64,000 bases of DNA. Source: Candidatus Eiseniibacteriota bacterium (GTDB lineage: Bacteria; Eisenbacteria; RBG-16-71-46; CAIMUX01; VGJL01). The notes below the pieces were generated by a model. The model was not told the DNA's origin. It did no database searches and saw only the letters and a program-made list of their open reading frames with translations. The stretch covers positions 1 to 64,000 of the forward strand of contig JBHGAY010000024.1 of assembly GCA_041946735.1 (NCBI GenBank), written 5' to 3'. This document shows, one piece after another, positions 28,022 to 37,964 of the stretch. Both the position numbers and the translations under genes were made by a program. Each line of letters opens with the position of its first letter. Position 1 is the stretch's first letter.

Positions 28022-30814
28022 ATGACCGAGGGATCGAGGAGCGGCGGGAGCAGCGGGAGCGGCCGAAGCGGCGAAGAGAGGATGGTCTGCGGGCACCGGC
28101 GTTTCGCCGCCGGAAAGTGGACGCTGCGCGAGGAGACGCCGAAGTACGCGCCCGATCGCACGTGCGACGTCGAGCATCTGCGCCTCGAGGCGACGGTCGA
28201 TCTGCCGGGGCGGCATCTCGACTGCGTCTGCAAGCAGCGCCTCCGCGCCGCCTACGGCCCGTTCGACTCGATCACCCTCGACGCCGTCGACCTGAAGATC
28301 CGTTCCGTCCGCGACGGTTCCGGGCGCGATCTCTCCTACAGCTACCTCGACCGCAAGCTGACCGTCCGCTTCCCGGAAAAAGTGGCGGAGAGCGCGGAGC
28401 TCGAGATCTCCTACGAGGTGGACCATCCGGTCCTCGGGCTCTACTTCTTCGGGCCGACCGAGGACGAGCCGGAGGCGACCTTCCAGCTCTGGAGCCAGGG
28501 GGAGGACGAGGAGACGCGCTTCTGGATCCCCTGCCATGACGCGCCCCACGAGCGGATGACGACCGAGATGGTGATCACCGTCGAGCCCCGCTACACCGTC
28601 CTCTCCAACGGCGCCTTGCAGGAGGTCACGGAGAACGTCGGGCGCAAGACATTCCACTGGCTCGAGTCGGTCCCGCATCCCTCCTACCTGATCACGCTCG
28701 TCGTGGGCGAGTTCGTGCGGGTCGTCGACGAGTGGAACGGCGTCCCGGTCGACTACTACGTCGAGCCGGGCCGCGAGGAGGAGGCCCGCCGCTCCTTCGG
28801 CAAAACTCCGCGGATGATCGACTTCTACTCGCGCAAGTTCGGAGTTCCGTACCCGTACGAGAAGTACAGCCAGGTGGCCATCCGCCACTTCCACTTCGGC
28901 GGGATGGAGAACACCTCCGCGACGAGCCAGACGGACGGCACCCTCCACGACGAGCGGGCGGCGCTCGACTTCACGAGCGACGAGCTGGTGTCGCACGAGC
29001 TGGTCCACCAGTGGTTCGGAGACCTCTTGACCTGCAAGTCGTGGGCGCATGCGTGGCTCAACGAAGGGTTCGCGACCTACTTCGAGGCGGTCTGGAAGGA
29101 GGAGGATCTCGGGCGCGAGGAGTTCGACTACGAGATGCTGGCAAACGCCGCCTCGTACATGAGCGAGCCGTACCGCCGTCCGATCGTGACGAATCGCTAC
29201 GCCTATCCGCACGACCTCTTCGACATGCACCTCTATCCCAAGGGCGGATGGGTCCTCCATATGCTGCGCCGGCGCATCGGCGACGAGACGTTCTGGAAGG
29301 CGATCTCGCTCTACACGAACCGTCACGCGCGCTCCGGCGTCGAGACGATCGACCTGATCCGCGCCTTCGAGGACGCCTCGGGGAAGAACCTCGCGGGTTT
29401 CTTCGACCAGTGGGTGATGAGCCCGGGCCACGCGGAAGTCGAGGGCTCCGCCGAGTGGGACGCCGAAGGCAAGCGCGTCAAGGTGGCGCTCAAGCAGACG
29501 CAGAAGACCGACGACGGCACGCCCGTCTTTCACATTCCGGTCCGCATCGAGTGCCGCACGAAGTCGGGCGGGACGGTGGGCCAAACATTCGAGATGGATC
29601 GCGCCGAGCAGACCTTCTATCTCCCGAGCGACAGCGAGCCGGTCTCCTTCGTCATCGATCCGGAGCTGGCGGTCCTCGCCACGTGGAAGGTGACGCGGCC
29701 GGTGGAATGGATCGAGGGAACGCTGCTCGGGGACGCGCGCGATCCGCGCGTCGCCGCCCGCGTCGAGACGGTGCGCCAGCTTGCGGAGAAGCCAACCTAC
29801 AAGGGGGAGGAGATTCTCGGACGCGTTCTGCGCGAGGACCCATTCTGGGGCGTGCAGGCGCAGGCGGCACGTGCGCTCGCCCGCACCCGCACCCCGCATG
29901 CCCGGCAGATCCTGCTCGAGGCCACCGGCCTTCCGCATCCCAAGGCGCGGCGGGCCGTGGTCGAGGGGCTCGGCGCCTTCCAGTCGGCCGACGTCGCCCG
30001 CTCGCTCACCCGGATCATCGAAGAGGGAGACCGGAGCTACTTCGTCGAATCCGCCGCCGCCTCCGCTCTGGGCGCGACCCGGCAGCCGGGGGCCGTCGAG
30101 ACGCTTCGCCGCGCCCTGGGCAAGCGCACCTGGCACGACCTCCTCACCTTGGGAGCGGTGGAGGGGCTCGCGGCGACACGGGACGAGTCGGTCGTCGAGA
30201 ACCTGCTCGCGGTCGCGAACGACCGCCGGCGCTACTGGAGCTGCCGCCTCGCCGCGATGCGAGGACTCGCGAATCTCGGCGCCGCCCGGCCGCAGCTCGC
30301 GCCGCGCATCGCCGAGGAGCTGATCCGCTTCCTCGAGGATCCCGAGCGGCTGATCCTCGAGCGCGTCCGCGGCCCGATCGTTCAGCTCGGACACGAATCG
30401 GGCGTCGCGGCGCTGCACCGCGCCGCATCGGCGACTCCCGATCCCCGCATGGCGAACGAGTACCTGATGGCCGCCGAGGAGCTGGCCGGCGGACGCAAGC
30501 GCGGCGAGGACATCGACCGGCTGCGCGACGAGCTGCAGAAGGTGCGCGACGAAGCGAAGGAGATGCGCGAGCTGCTCCACGCCCTGCAGCAGAAGGTGGA
30601 CGGCCAGACGCCGGAAGGAACCGGCGGCGGCAACGGAGCGCGCCCGCGCGCGGCCGCCAAAGAGGCCACCAAAGAGGAGAAGCGTCGCCGTCCGGAAACC
30701 GCGCCGGCGAAGACCAGCAAGAAGAAGACCGCGGCGAAGGGGACGAAGGCAGCGCCGAAGCTACCCGCGACCCCGCGCCGTGGCGACGTTCCGAAGGAGC
30801 GCAAGCGGCGCTGA
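28022..30814 (+). CDS. M1 family aminopeptidase with HEAT-like repeats and basic C-terminal tail
   Basis: GGMEN, HELVHQWFG...WLNEG (HEXXH-X18-E), YPKG; helical repeats; K/A-rich tail. Confidence 0.92.
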   Translation: MTEGSRSGGSSGSGRSGEERMVCGHRRFAAGKWTLREETPKYAPDRTCDVEHLRLEATVDLPGRHLDCVCKQRLRAAYGPFDSITLDAVDLKIRSVRDGSGRDLSYSYLDRKLTVRFPEKVAESAELEISYEVDHPVLGLYFFGPTEDEPEATFQLWSQGEDEETRFWIPCHDAPHERMTTEMVITVEPRYTVLSNGALQEVTENVGRKTFHWLESVPHPSYLITLVVGEFVRVVDEWNGVPVDYYVEPGREEEARRSFGKTPRMIDFYSRKFGVPYPYEKYSQVAIRHFHFGGMENTSATSQTDGTLHDERAALDFTSDELVSHELVHQWFGDLLTCKSWAHAWLNEGFATYFEAVWKEEDLGREEFDYEMLANAASYMSEPYRRPIVTNRYAYPHDLFDMHLYPKGGWVLHMLRRRIGDETFWKAISLYTNRHARSGVETIDLIRAFEDASGKNLAGFFDQWVMSPGHAEVEGSAEWDAEGKRVKVALKQTQKTDDGTPVFHIPVRIECRTKSGGTVGQTFEMDRAEQTFYLPSDSEPVSFVIDPELAVLATWKVTRPVEWIEGTLLGDARDPRVAARVETVRQLAEKPTYKGEEILGRVLREDPFWGVQAQAARALARTRTPHARQILLEATGLPHPKARRAVVEGLGAFQSADVARSLTRIIEEGDRSYFVESAAASALGATRQPGAVETLRRALGKRTWHDLLTLGAVEGLAATRDESVVENLLAVANDRRRYWSCRLAAMRGLANLGAARPQLAPRIAEELIRFLEDPERLILERVRGPIVQLGHESGVAALHRAASATPDPRMANEYLMAAEELAGGRKRGEDIDRLRDELQKVRDEAKEMRELLHALQQKVDGQTPEGTGGGNGARPRAAAKEATKEEKRRRPETAPAKTSKKKTAAKGTKAAPKLPATPRRGDVPKERKRR

Positions 30815-30836
30815 GATCCGCCGCTCCGGCGGTCTC

Positions 30837-32093
30837 CTACTTCGTGAGGCTCGGCGTCCGCAGGACGTAGCCGTGCGCGTCGCGCGGTAGCTTCTCGATC
30901 AGATCGAGGCTCGGGCCGCCCAGGACCGACGCGAAGCCGAAGCGGTCGCGTACGCGATCGAGGCCCGCCTCGAGATCGGCTTGGCGCGTCGCCGCGCCGG
31001 CGTCGAGCAGGTCGAGCTGCTCCCCCGCCGCCGGTCCGAAGTGCGAAAGCTCGACCCCGACATTGCGGACGGCGGCCCGCCTCGTGAACAGCTCCTCGAG
31101 CAGCCGCATCGCGCGCGCGTAGAGCTGCGCATCGACCGCCGTCGGCGACGGGAACGAGGAGGCGCGCGCGCACGCCTCCCCATCGTTGTAGCGGAGATGG
31201 ACGCGGACCGTCCGGCACGCGAGCCCGAGCCGCCGCGTCTCTCGCCCCGCCCGGCTGGTCAGGTAGTGGAGCATCGCGGCCAGCTCGCGTCTCTCGATCG
31301 TCGGATGATGGAAGGTCGTCTCCCGCCGCACCGAGCCCGGGATTTCCCGCGCCGAGACGACCCGAGTGTCCCTCCCCCACGCCCGCTCCCACAGCGCGTG
31401 CCCGAGCGAGCGGCCGAACAGGCCGTGCAACGCCTGCTCCGGAAGCTCGCGAAGCTGCGCGACGGTGCGGACGTTCAGCCGCTCGAGCACCGGCCCGACG
31501 GCATGCCCGATCCCCGGCAGATCGCCGATCGGGCGCGAGAGGACGAACTCCTCCTCCGCCCCGGGCGGCAGCAGCCCCAGCCCATCCGGCTTCACCGTCT
31601 TCGTCACCATCTTCGCGATCATGCGGTTGGAGCCGATGCCGATCGAGACCGGCAGGCCGGTCTCCTCACGGATGGCCACCCGCAGCGCGGCTCCGGCGCC
31701 GCCGAAGCTGCCGTGCAGCCTCTCCGTCCCGCTCAGATCGAGGTACGCCTCGTCGAGGAACGTCTCCATGGAAGGCGCGAAGCGCGCGGCGATCTCGAAG
31801 ATCCTCTCCGCGAAGCAGCGGTAGATCTGCGCGTGGCCGTCGAGGAAGACCGCTTCGGGGCAGAGGCGGCGCGCCTGCGCGAGTGGCATCCCCGCCTTGC
31901 AGCCGCGCCGGCGCGCCTCGTAGGAGCAGGAGGCGATGACGCCGGCGCCCACGATGACAGCGCGCCCGCGCAGCCTCGGGTTACGGAGCTGCTCGACCGA
32001 CGCGAAGAAGGCATCGATGTCGACGTGCAGGATGGCGGGGTGGTCGCCCCAGGCGGCGGGGGACGGCTCGACGGTCCGCGGCGCGCTCTGCAT
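30837..32093 (-). CDS. dinB: DNA polymerase IV (Y family)
   Basis: LHVDIDAFFASVE, SYEAR, DEAYLD, SIGIG, KPDG, LPGIG. Confidence 0.93.
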   Translation of the reverse strand: MQSAPRTVEPSPAAWGDHPAILHVDIDAFFASVEQLRNPRLRGRAVIVGAGVIASCSYEARRRGCKAGMPLAQARRLCPEAVFLDGHAQIYRCFAERIFEIAARFAPSMETFLDEAYLDLSGTERLHGSFGGAGAALRVAIREETGLPVSIGIGSNRMIAKMVTKTVKPDGLGLLPPGAEEEFVLSRPIGDLPGIGHAVGPVLERLNVRTVAQLRELPEQALHGLFGRSLGHALWERAWGRDTRVVSAREIPGSVRRETTFHHPTIERRELAAMLHYLTSRAGRETRRLGLACRTVRVHLRYNDGEACARASSFPSPTAVDAQLYARAMRLLEELFTRRAAVRNVGVELSHFGPAAGEQLDLLDAGAATRQADLEAGLDRVRDRFGFASVLGGPSLDLIEKLPRDAHGYVLRTPSLTK

Positions 32094-32139
32094 GACGCTC
32101 TCCTCTCGTGTGCCGGCCGGATCGCGGCTCCACGGGAGG

Positions 32140-32169
32140 AAGGTACCGAACTGTCGTTCGTGTCGTCAA
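32140..32169 (-). promoter_or_regulatory. dinB promoter (TTGACG-N18-TACCTT) with LexA-type SOS box CGAAC-N4-GTTCG (32147-32160) in the spacer
   Basis: Plus strand CGAACtgtcGTTCG matches the Firmicutes/Actinobacteria LexA consensus GAAC-N4-GTTC and lies about 55 nt upstream of dinB. Confidence 0.75.
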
Positions 32170-32173
32170 GGGG

Positions 32174-33274
32174 TCACGCGCGGATCGTCCTTCCGGCACG
32201 GGCGACGGCCGAGGGGCTCGCCGGCAGGGCCGCGGCCGCCGCCTCGAGTGCCCGCCCGACCGTGACCGAATCGGGCGCCGCGAGAAGCAGCATCTCGCGA
32301 TTCCGCAGGTGGGAGACCTCGCCCACCCGCTCCCCCTTCGGGTTGTAGATGCCGATCCGGGCGCCGACGTAGCGGCGGTAGTCGACCTCCAGGCACCCGA
32401 CCGTTCCCCACCGCGCGAGCCTCCTCGCCACCTCCCCCGCGTCGAGGTACCCCTCGTCGTTGCAGGAGAAGAGAACGGTCCGGGCGCGCAGCCCGTCGAG
32501 GAGGTCGTCGAGCGCGGGGGCGAAGCCCCTACGCGAGTTGTAGGCGCTCTTGTTCTCACGGCAGTCGACGCGCTTGCAGGCGACGCCGTAGACGGCGGGA
32601 CGGTCGTTGCGGACGAGTGTCTCCCAGACGTGGTAGTTGCCGAAGAAGGAGTGCTGGTTGTAAGGCGGATCGAGATAGGCGAGGTCCTGCTCGGGCAGAT
32701 CGCGGACGAGCGCGTTGGCGTCGCGCCGGCTCACCGTGCCGGTCCCCGGCAGCAGCCGCGGCATCCGAAGCTCGAGATCGGCGAGCGCCCGCGGCGCCCA
32801 CCGCTTGAGGTACGCCATCTGCAGACCGGTCGTCGAATCGACCCGGTCGGCCGCCTCGAGGAGGCTCGTCAGCGCGATCGCCCGCAGATCGCCGGCGAGC
32901 CGGAGGGCCTCGATCTCCTCGCGGATCGCGTCGATCCTCGCCCCGTTCTTCGGATGGAAGTAGCGCGACCGCACGCAGAACGTCTCGGTGAAGTAGCCGG
33001 CCCGCGGCGGCAGCGAGGAGAGATGCGCGAGCAGCTCCTGCGCCTCGGCGACGGGAATCGACCGCGCGTCGGCCCGGACGTAGCACTCCGCCAGCACTTC
33101 GCTATAGCTCGCCGTGTCGTTCGCATGGACGGTGAGGCCGCATTGCTTGAGCGCCTGCGACACGCGCGTCGTTCCGCAGAACGGATCGACGGCCGTGGCG
33201 GCGCCGGGCAGGGAACGAGCCACCGCGGCGATGGCCGGGACGAGCAGCCGCTTCGACCCGATGTACTTGATCAT
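32174..33274 (-). CDS. D12-class N6-adenine DNA methyltransferase (orphan)
   Basis: IKYIGSK, DPFCGT SAM-binding motif, YLDPPY catalytic motif; no endonuclease adjacent. Confidence 0.88.
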   Translation of the reverse strand: MIKYIGSKRLLVPAIAAVARSLPGAATAVDPFCGTTRVSQALKQCGLTVHANDTASYSEVLAECYVRADARSIPVAEAQELLAHLSSLPPRAGYFTETFCVRSRYFHPKNGARIDAIREEIEALRLAGDLRAIALTSLLEAADRVDSTTGLQMAYLKRWAPRALADLELRMPRLLPGTGTVSRRDANALVRDLPEQDLAYLDPPYNQHSFFGNYHVWETLVRNDRPAVYGVACKRVDCRENKSAYNSRRGFAPALDDLLDGLRARTVLFSCNDEGYLDAGEVARRLARWGTVGCLEVDYRRYVGARIGIYNPKGERVGEVSHLRNREMLLLAAPDSVTVGRALEAAAAALPASPSAVARAGRTIRA

Positions 33275-33600
33275 CGGCCTTGCCGTCCCGGCTCGAGGGC
33301 GGCGGCGAGACGGAGCCGCAACGCCTCGGGCGCCAGCCCCTCGATCTGTGCCGCCTTGTCCCGGGAGGTCTCCCCCGCCGCGATCGTCACAGCGGCGGCC
33401 GGAAGGCCGAGCGCCCCGGCGAGAAGCGCGCAGATCGCCCGGTTCGCGCGTCCCTTCTCCGGCGCCTCTCTCACCTGCAGCTTCAGCGCATCTCCGTGGA
33501 CTCCGAGGAGCGCATCGGTCGCCGCCTTCGTCTTCACGCGGAGGCGCAGCCGCGCGCCTCCCTCCACGGGGTGGATCGACAGGCAGGAGAGATCGATCAT
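33271..33600 (-). CDS. DUF167/YggU family protein
   Basis: PEKGRAN...GETSRDK pattern. Confidence 0.85.
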   Translation of the reverse strand: MIDLSCLSIHPVEGGARLRLRVKTKAATDALLGVHGDALKLQVREAPEKGRANRAICALLAGALGLPAAAVTIAAGETSRDKAAQIEGLAPEALRLRLAAALEPGRQGR

Positions 33601-33704
33601 CGGCTGCAGTCTAGCGGCGCGCTTGCCGCCCCGCCACCGCTCTCCGGCCGCTCCGGCGCAGCCGTTCGCCGATGACGCCGCCGCCCCGTGTCAGGAGCCG
33701 CTCT

Positions 33705-34154
33705 CTAGTTCCCGCCCTTCGGGATGATGGAGATCCCGCCGTTGCTCTCGAGCACCGCCCAGCGGATCTGGTCGAGCCTCTCCAGCCCTTGCAGCTTCCG
33801 CGCCGCCGCAAGGATGTCGGTCTCGTCGACGCGCGCCTTCCGCATCCGGTCCTCGAGAAGCCTGCCATCGTCGACCAGGATCGTCGGCACCCCTTCGAGC
33901 ACCTTCTGCACGCCGCGCCAGCGCCGCTTCGCGCCGGAGAGGAGCACGTCGGTCCCGACGAGCGTGAGGATCACGATCATGGCGTTCGTCATGGAGAAGT
34001 CCCGGCCGATCATCGCCTGCTGCGTCGCCTCGGCGATGATCAGGATCAGCACGAAGTCGAAGCTCGTCATCTCCGAGAGCGTCCGCCGGCCCGCCAGTCG
34101 GAAGACGACCATCAGGAAGACGTAGATCCCGAGCGGCCGCAGCAACGACATCAT
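33705..34154 (-). CDS. DUF421/YetF-domain membrane protein
   Basis: GRRTLSEMTSFDFVL, EGVPTILVDDG, AVLESNGGISII. Confidence 0.88.
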   Translation of the reverse strand: MMSLLRPLGIYVFLMVVFRLAGRRTLSEMTSFDFVLILIIAEATQQAMIGRDFSMTNAMIVILTLVGTDVLLSGAKRRWRGVQKVLEGVPTILVDDGRLLEDRMRKARVDETDILAAARKLQGLERLDQIRWAVLESNGGISIIPKGGN

Positions 34155-34264
34155 CGCCTGCCTCCCCCTCGTTTTTCGCCGGCGCTATCGCCCGCGCTAT
34201 CGCCCGCGTGCGCTCGCGGCTTCCGGCTCGCCGCTTCCCCCTCGGACGGCTCGCAGCTCGCATC

Positions 34265-34783
34265 TCACGGGAGGATCCACAGCCGGATCGTCACCTCGTC
34301 GCCGGCGCCGTCCCAGGCCGGGACATCGAACCGGCCGGTGCGCCGCACAAGCGCGTCGACGGTCACCGTCAGGGGCTGCTCGGCGTCGCCCAGCGAAAAC
34401 GCGTAGACCATCCCTCGTCCCGAAAGCTCCGTGCGGACAGGCTCGGGCGTGATGCGATCGATCTGGAACAGTTCCGAAAAGCGTTCCCCGATCACGATCT
34501 CCGGCTCCTCGTCGACGGCCGCGTCGGGACTCAGATGGAACCGGAATGTGGCGGGAGCGGAGGCGCGCAGGACCTTCTCGTGCTCGACCCACAGTCCGCT
34601 CTCGCGGGAGCCCGCCACCGCATGGCTGATCGGACCGTTCCCGAAAAGTCCCGCCAGGGCGGCGAGCAGGGCAAGAGCGCCGATCGCCCAGGCGATCCGC
34701 TCCGCGCGCCAGGTCTTCTTCTGGAACGAGAGGTCTTCGTCGATCGAGAGAGACTCGATCTGCTTTGCGCCGCCGTCCGACAT
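34265..34783 (-). CDS. Conserved hypothetical membrane-anchored protein (partner of DUF421 gene)
   Basis: FQKKTWRAERIAW, TM helix, GLFGNGPIS; coding-like composition. Confidence 0.7.
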   Translation of the reverse strand: MSDGGAKQIESLSIDEDLSFQKKTWRAERIAWAIGALALLAALAGLFGNGPISHAVAGSRESGLWVEHEKVLRASAPATFRFHLSPDAAVDEEPEIVIGERFSELFQIDRITPEPVRTELSGRGMVYAFSLGDAEQPLTVTVDALVRRTGRFDVPAWDGAGDEVTIRLWILP

Positions 34784-35141
34784 GCCGCTCCGCTTCCCGG
34801 CCGCTTGCACATTTCGCGCTCTCCGGTTGGTACTTGCACCGTAGGGACGGCGGCGCCGCTCCGTCAACCGGCCCCCGACGTCAAAAGCGTCACTTGGAAC
34901 GTGTCGGGACCCGCTACGATGGATCCAACGGCGCTCGCCGCGGCGCCGCCATTGGAGTCGCGGCCATCCGTCCGGCGGCGTCCGCCACGACGGGGTGCCG
35001 CGCGCCGGTTCGCTCCGCCGCAAACGATCCGACGTTCGACACGGCCGGCCGATCGCAAGGGAACCTCGCAGGCGCCGCAGGCGTCGAGAGGACCAGGTCG
35101 AGAGGACCGGGGCGAGAGAACTGGAAGGAGACGAGCGAAGG

Positions 35142-37964
35142 TTGGCTCTGGAGACGTATCGCAAGAAGAGGGACTTCCGCCGGACGCCCGAGCCTCGCGG
35201 CACCGTCCGTCGCCCGCGCGGTTCGCTCCTCTTCGTCATCCAGAAGCACGCGGCCCGCCGGCTCCACTACGATTTCCGTCTCGAGATGCACGGAGTGCTG
35301 AAGAGCTGGGCCGTTCCCAAGGGACCGAGCTACGACCCGAACGAGAAGCGCCTCGCTGTCCACGTCGAGGACCACCCGATCGAGTACGGCGACTTCGAGG
35401 GGATCATCCCGAAGGGGGAGTACGGAGGCGGCACCGTCCTCCTCTGGGACCGAGGAACGTGGACGCCGCTGGGCGACCCCGAGGAAGGCTACCGCGCGGG
35501 GAAGTTCGCCTTCACGTTGCACGGCGAGAAGCTGCAGGGCGACTGGGCCCTCGTCCGCATGAAGGGCCGCGACGACGAGCCGGGCAAGGAGAACTGGCTC
35601 CTCATCAAGGAGAAGGACGACCGGGTGATCCCGCAGTCCGAGTGGGACGTCACCGCAGAGCGCCCCGAAAGCGTTGCGACCGGACGCAGCATGGAGCAGA
35701 TCGCGGCGGACGCCGACCGCGTGTGGGACAGCCAGACCGGCGAGCGCGAGCCGGAGCCTGCCGGCAAGCGGCGCGCCGCGGCGCCGCCAAAGACCCCCGC
35801 GCGCGCCACGGCCGGGCGAGATGCCGCCGCTCGCGCCGCGGCCAAGCCGCGCGCCGCGAAACAGGCCGAGCGCAAGACGGTGCACGCGAAGGGCGACTTT
35901 CGCCTCCCCGTCCCCGAGCCGACGGCGATCCCCGGCGCGCGACGCGCCGCGCTCCCCGCCTTCGTCGAACCGGCGCTCGCGACCCTCGCGAAGGAGGCCC
36001 CGCAGGGATCGGACTGGCTCCACGAGATCAAGTTCGACGGCTACCGGATCCTCTGCCGCATCGACGGCGGGCAGGTCCGCCTGTTCTCGCGCAACCGTCA
36101 CGACTGGACTTCGCGCCTCCCGTCCGTCGTCCGGGCGGCGGCGGATCTGCCGGCGCGCAGCGCGATCCTCGACGGAGAGGTGGTGATCCTGCGTCCCGAC
36201 GGCACGACCTCCTTCCAGGACTTGCAGAACGCGATCGCCGAGGGAGGCCGCGGCGCGTCGATCCTTTACTACGCGTTCGACCTGATCCACCTGGACGGCT
36301 ACGACCTGCGCGCGGTCCCCCTGGTCGAGCGCAAGGAGGCGCTCGCCGGCCTCGTCAGCCGCCGCGAGGGCGGCCAGGGGACGATCCGCTTCAGCGACCA
36401 CATCCAGGGACGGAGCGAGGAGTTCTTCCGCCACGCCTGCCGCTATTCGCTCGAAGGGATCGTCTCGAAGCGGGCTGACTCCCCCTATCGATCCGGGCGC
36501 AGCAAAGACTGGCTGAAGATCAAGTGCGTCCAACGGCAGGAGTTCGTCATCGCCGGCTACACCCGTCCCGAGGGAAGCCGCGAGGGGTTCGGCGCGCTGC
36601 TGCTCGGCGTCCACGACCGGCAGGGACGCCTCCACTATGCGGGGCGCGTCGGCACCGGCTTCACCGACGCGACGCTCAGCGACCTGATGCGCCGCATGCG
36701 CCCGCTCGTGACCGCTTCCCCCGCCTTCGTCGACCCGCCTCGGGGGGCCGCCGCGCGTGGCTCCACCTGGCTCCGCCCGTCGCTCGTCGGCGAGGTCGAG
36801 TTCACCGAGTGGACGAGGGACGGACAGCTCCGCCATCCCTCCTTCAAGGGATTGCGCGAGGATCGCGACCCGAAGGAGGTCGTCCGCGAGGAGATCGGCC
36901 TCCCGGTCGAGGTCGGAGGCGACGAAGCGGAGCCGGAGGAGCCGGCGCAGCCGGGCCATAAGGCGAAGGCGCCCGCAGCCGCGCGCGCGCGTGCCGGTGC
37001 CCGCCGCGCTCGCGTTCCCGCTCCCGCGAAGGCTCCCGCCGCTTCCGGCGCAACAACCCCTCCGTCCGACCCGGTCGTCGCCGGCGTCCGCATCACGCAT
37101 CCGGATCGCATCCTCTGGCCGGAGCAGGGAATCGAGAAGATCACGCTCGCGCGCTACTACGAGACGGTCGCCGGCTGGATGCTTCCCCACCTCGCCAACC
37201 GGCCGATCATGCTGCGCCGCTGTCCCGAGGGCCGTCACCGCGCCTGCTTCTACCAGAAGCACGCGACCGACGGCACGCCCGAGGCGATCGGCCGCGTCGA
37301 GATCCGGGAGCAGGACGGCGTCGACACCTCGCTCTACATCGACGATGCCGCCGGCCTGCTCTCCGCGATCCAGCTCGGCTCCCTCGAGATCCACCATTGG
37401 ACCGCGCGCATCGACAAGATCGAGCAGCCGGACCAGATGATCCTCGACCTCGATCCGGACCCGAGCGTCGTATGGCCCCGCGTCGTCGAGGCGGCGCACC
37501 TGCTGCGCGTCCGCCTCGAGGACCTCGGCCTCCGCTCCTTCCCGAAGACGACGGGCGGCAAGGGCCTGCACGTCGTCGTCCCGCTGGCCCGCCGTCACGG
37601 TTGGGACGAAGTGAAGTCGTTCTCGCGCGCCGTGGCCCAGTCGATCGTCGCGCTCGATCCCACCCGCTTCACCGCCACGGTCTCGAAGCGCGCGCGGGGC
37701 GGGAAGATCTACATCGACTACCTCCGCAACGCGCGCGGGGCGACGGCGATCGCCCCCTACTCGACACGGGTCCACCCGGCGGCGCCGGTCGCCACGCCGC
37801 TCGCGTGGGACGAGGTCCGAGAGGAGATCCGCTCCGACACGTTCCACATCGGCAACGTCCCCGACCGGCTTCGCCGCCTCCGGAAGGATCCCTGGGAGGA
37901 CATCGGCAAGCTCCGCCAGTCGATCACCGCGCCGATGCAGCGCAAGCTCCTCGGGCGAGGCTGA
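35142..37964 (+). CDS. ligD: DNA ligase D (phosphoesterase-ligase-polymerase), NHEJ
   Basis: YRKKRDF, QKHAARRLHYDFRLE (PE); EIKFDGYR, EGIVSK (ligase); DLDP, KTTGGKGLHV, IDYLRN (Pol); TTG start with AAGGAG upstream. Confidence 0.95.
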   Translation: MALETYRKKRDFRRTPEPRGTVRRPRGSLLFVIQKHAARRLHYDFRLEMHGVLKSWAVPKGPSYDPNEKRLAVHVEDHPIEYGDFEGIIPKGEYGGGTVLLWDRGTWTPLGDPEEGYRAGKFAFTLHGEKLQGDWALVRMKGRDDEPGKENWLLIKEKDDRVIPQSEWDVTAERPESVATGRSMEQIAADADRVWDSQTGEREPEPAGKRRAAAPPKTPARATAGRDAAARAAAKPRAAKQAERKTVHAKGDFRLPVPEPTAIPGARRAALPAFVEPALATLAKEAPQGSDWLHEIKFDGYRILCRIDGGQVRLFSRNRHDWTSRLPSVVRAAADLPARSAILDGEVVILRPDGTTSFQDLQNAIAEGGRGASILYYAFDLIHLDGYDLRAVPLVERKEALAGLVSRREGGQGTIRFSDHIQGRSEEFFRHACRYSLEGIVSKRADSPYRSGRSKDWLKIKCVQRQEFVIAGYTRPEGSREGFGALLLGVHDRQGRLHYAGRVGTGFTDATLSDLMRRMRPLVTASPAFVDPPRGAAARGSTWLRPSLVGEVEFTEWTRDGQLRHPSFKGLREDRDPKEVVREEIGLPVEVGGDEAEPEEPAQPGHKAKAPAAARARAGARRARVPAPAKAPAASGATTPPSDPVVAGVRITHPDRILWPEQGIEKITLARYYETVAGWMLPHLANRPIMLRRCPEGRHRACFYQKHATDGTPEAIGRVEIREQDGVDTSLYIDDAAGLLSAIQLGSLEIHHWTARIDKIEQPDQMILDLDPDPSVVWPRVVEAAHLLRVRLEDLGLRSFPKTTGGKGLHVVVPLARRHGWDEVKSFSRAVAQSIVALDPTRFTATVSKRARGGKIYIDYLRNARGATAIAPYSTRVHPAAPVATPLAWDEVREEIRSDTFHIGNVPDRLRRLRKDPWEDIGKLRQSITAPMQRKLLGRG

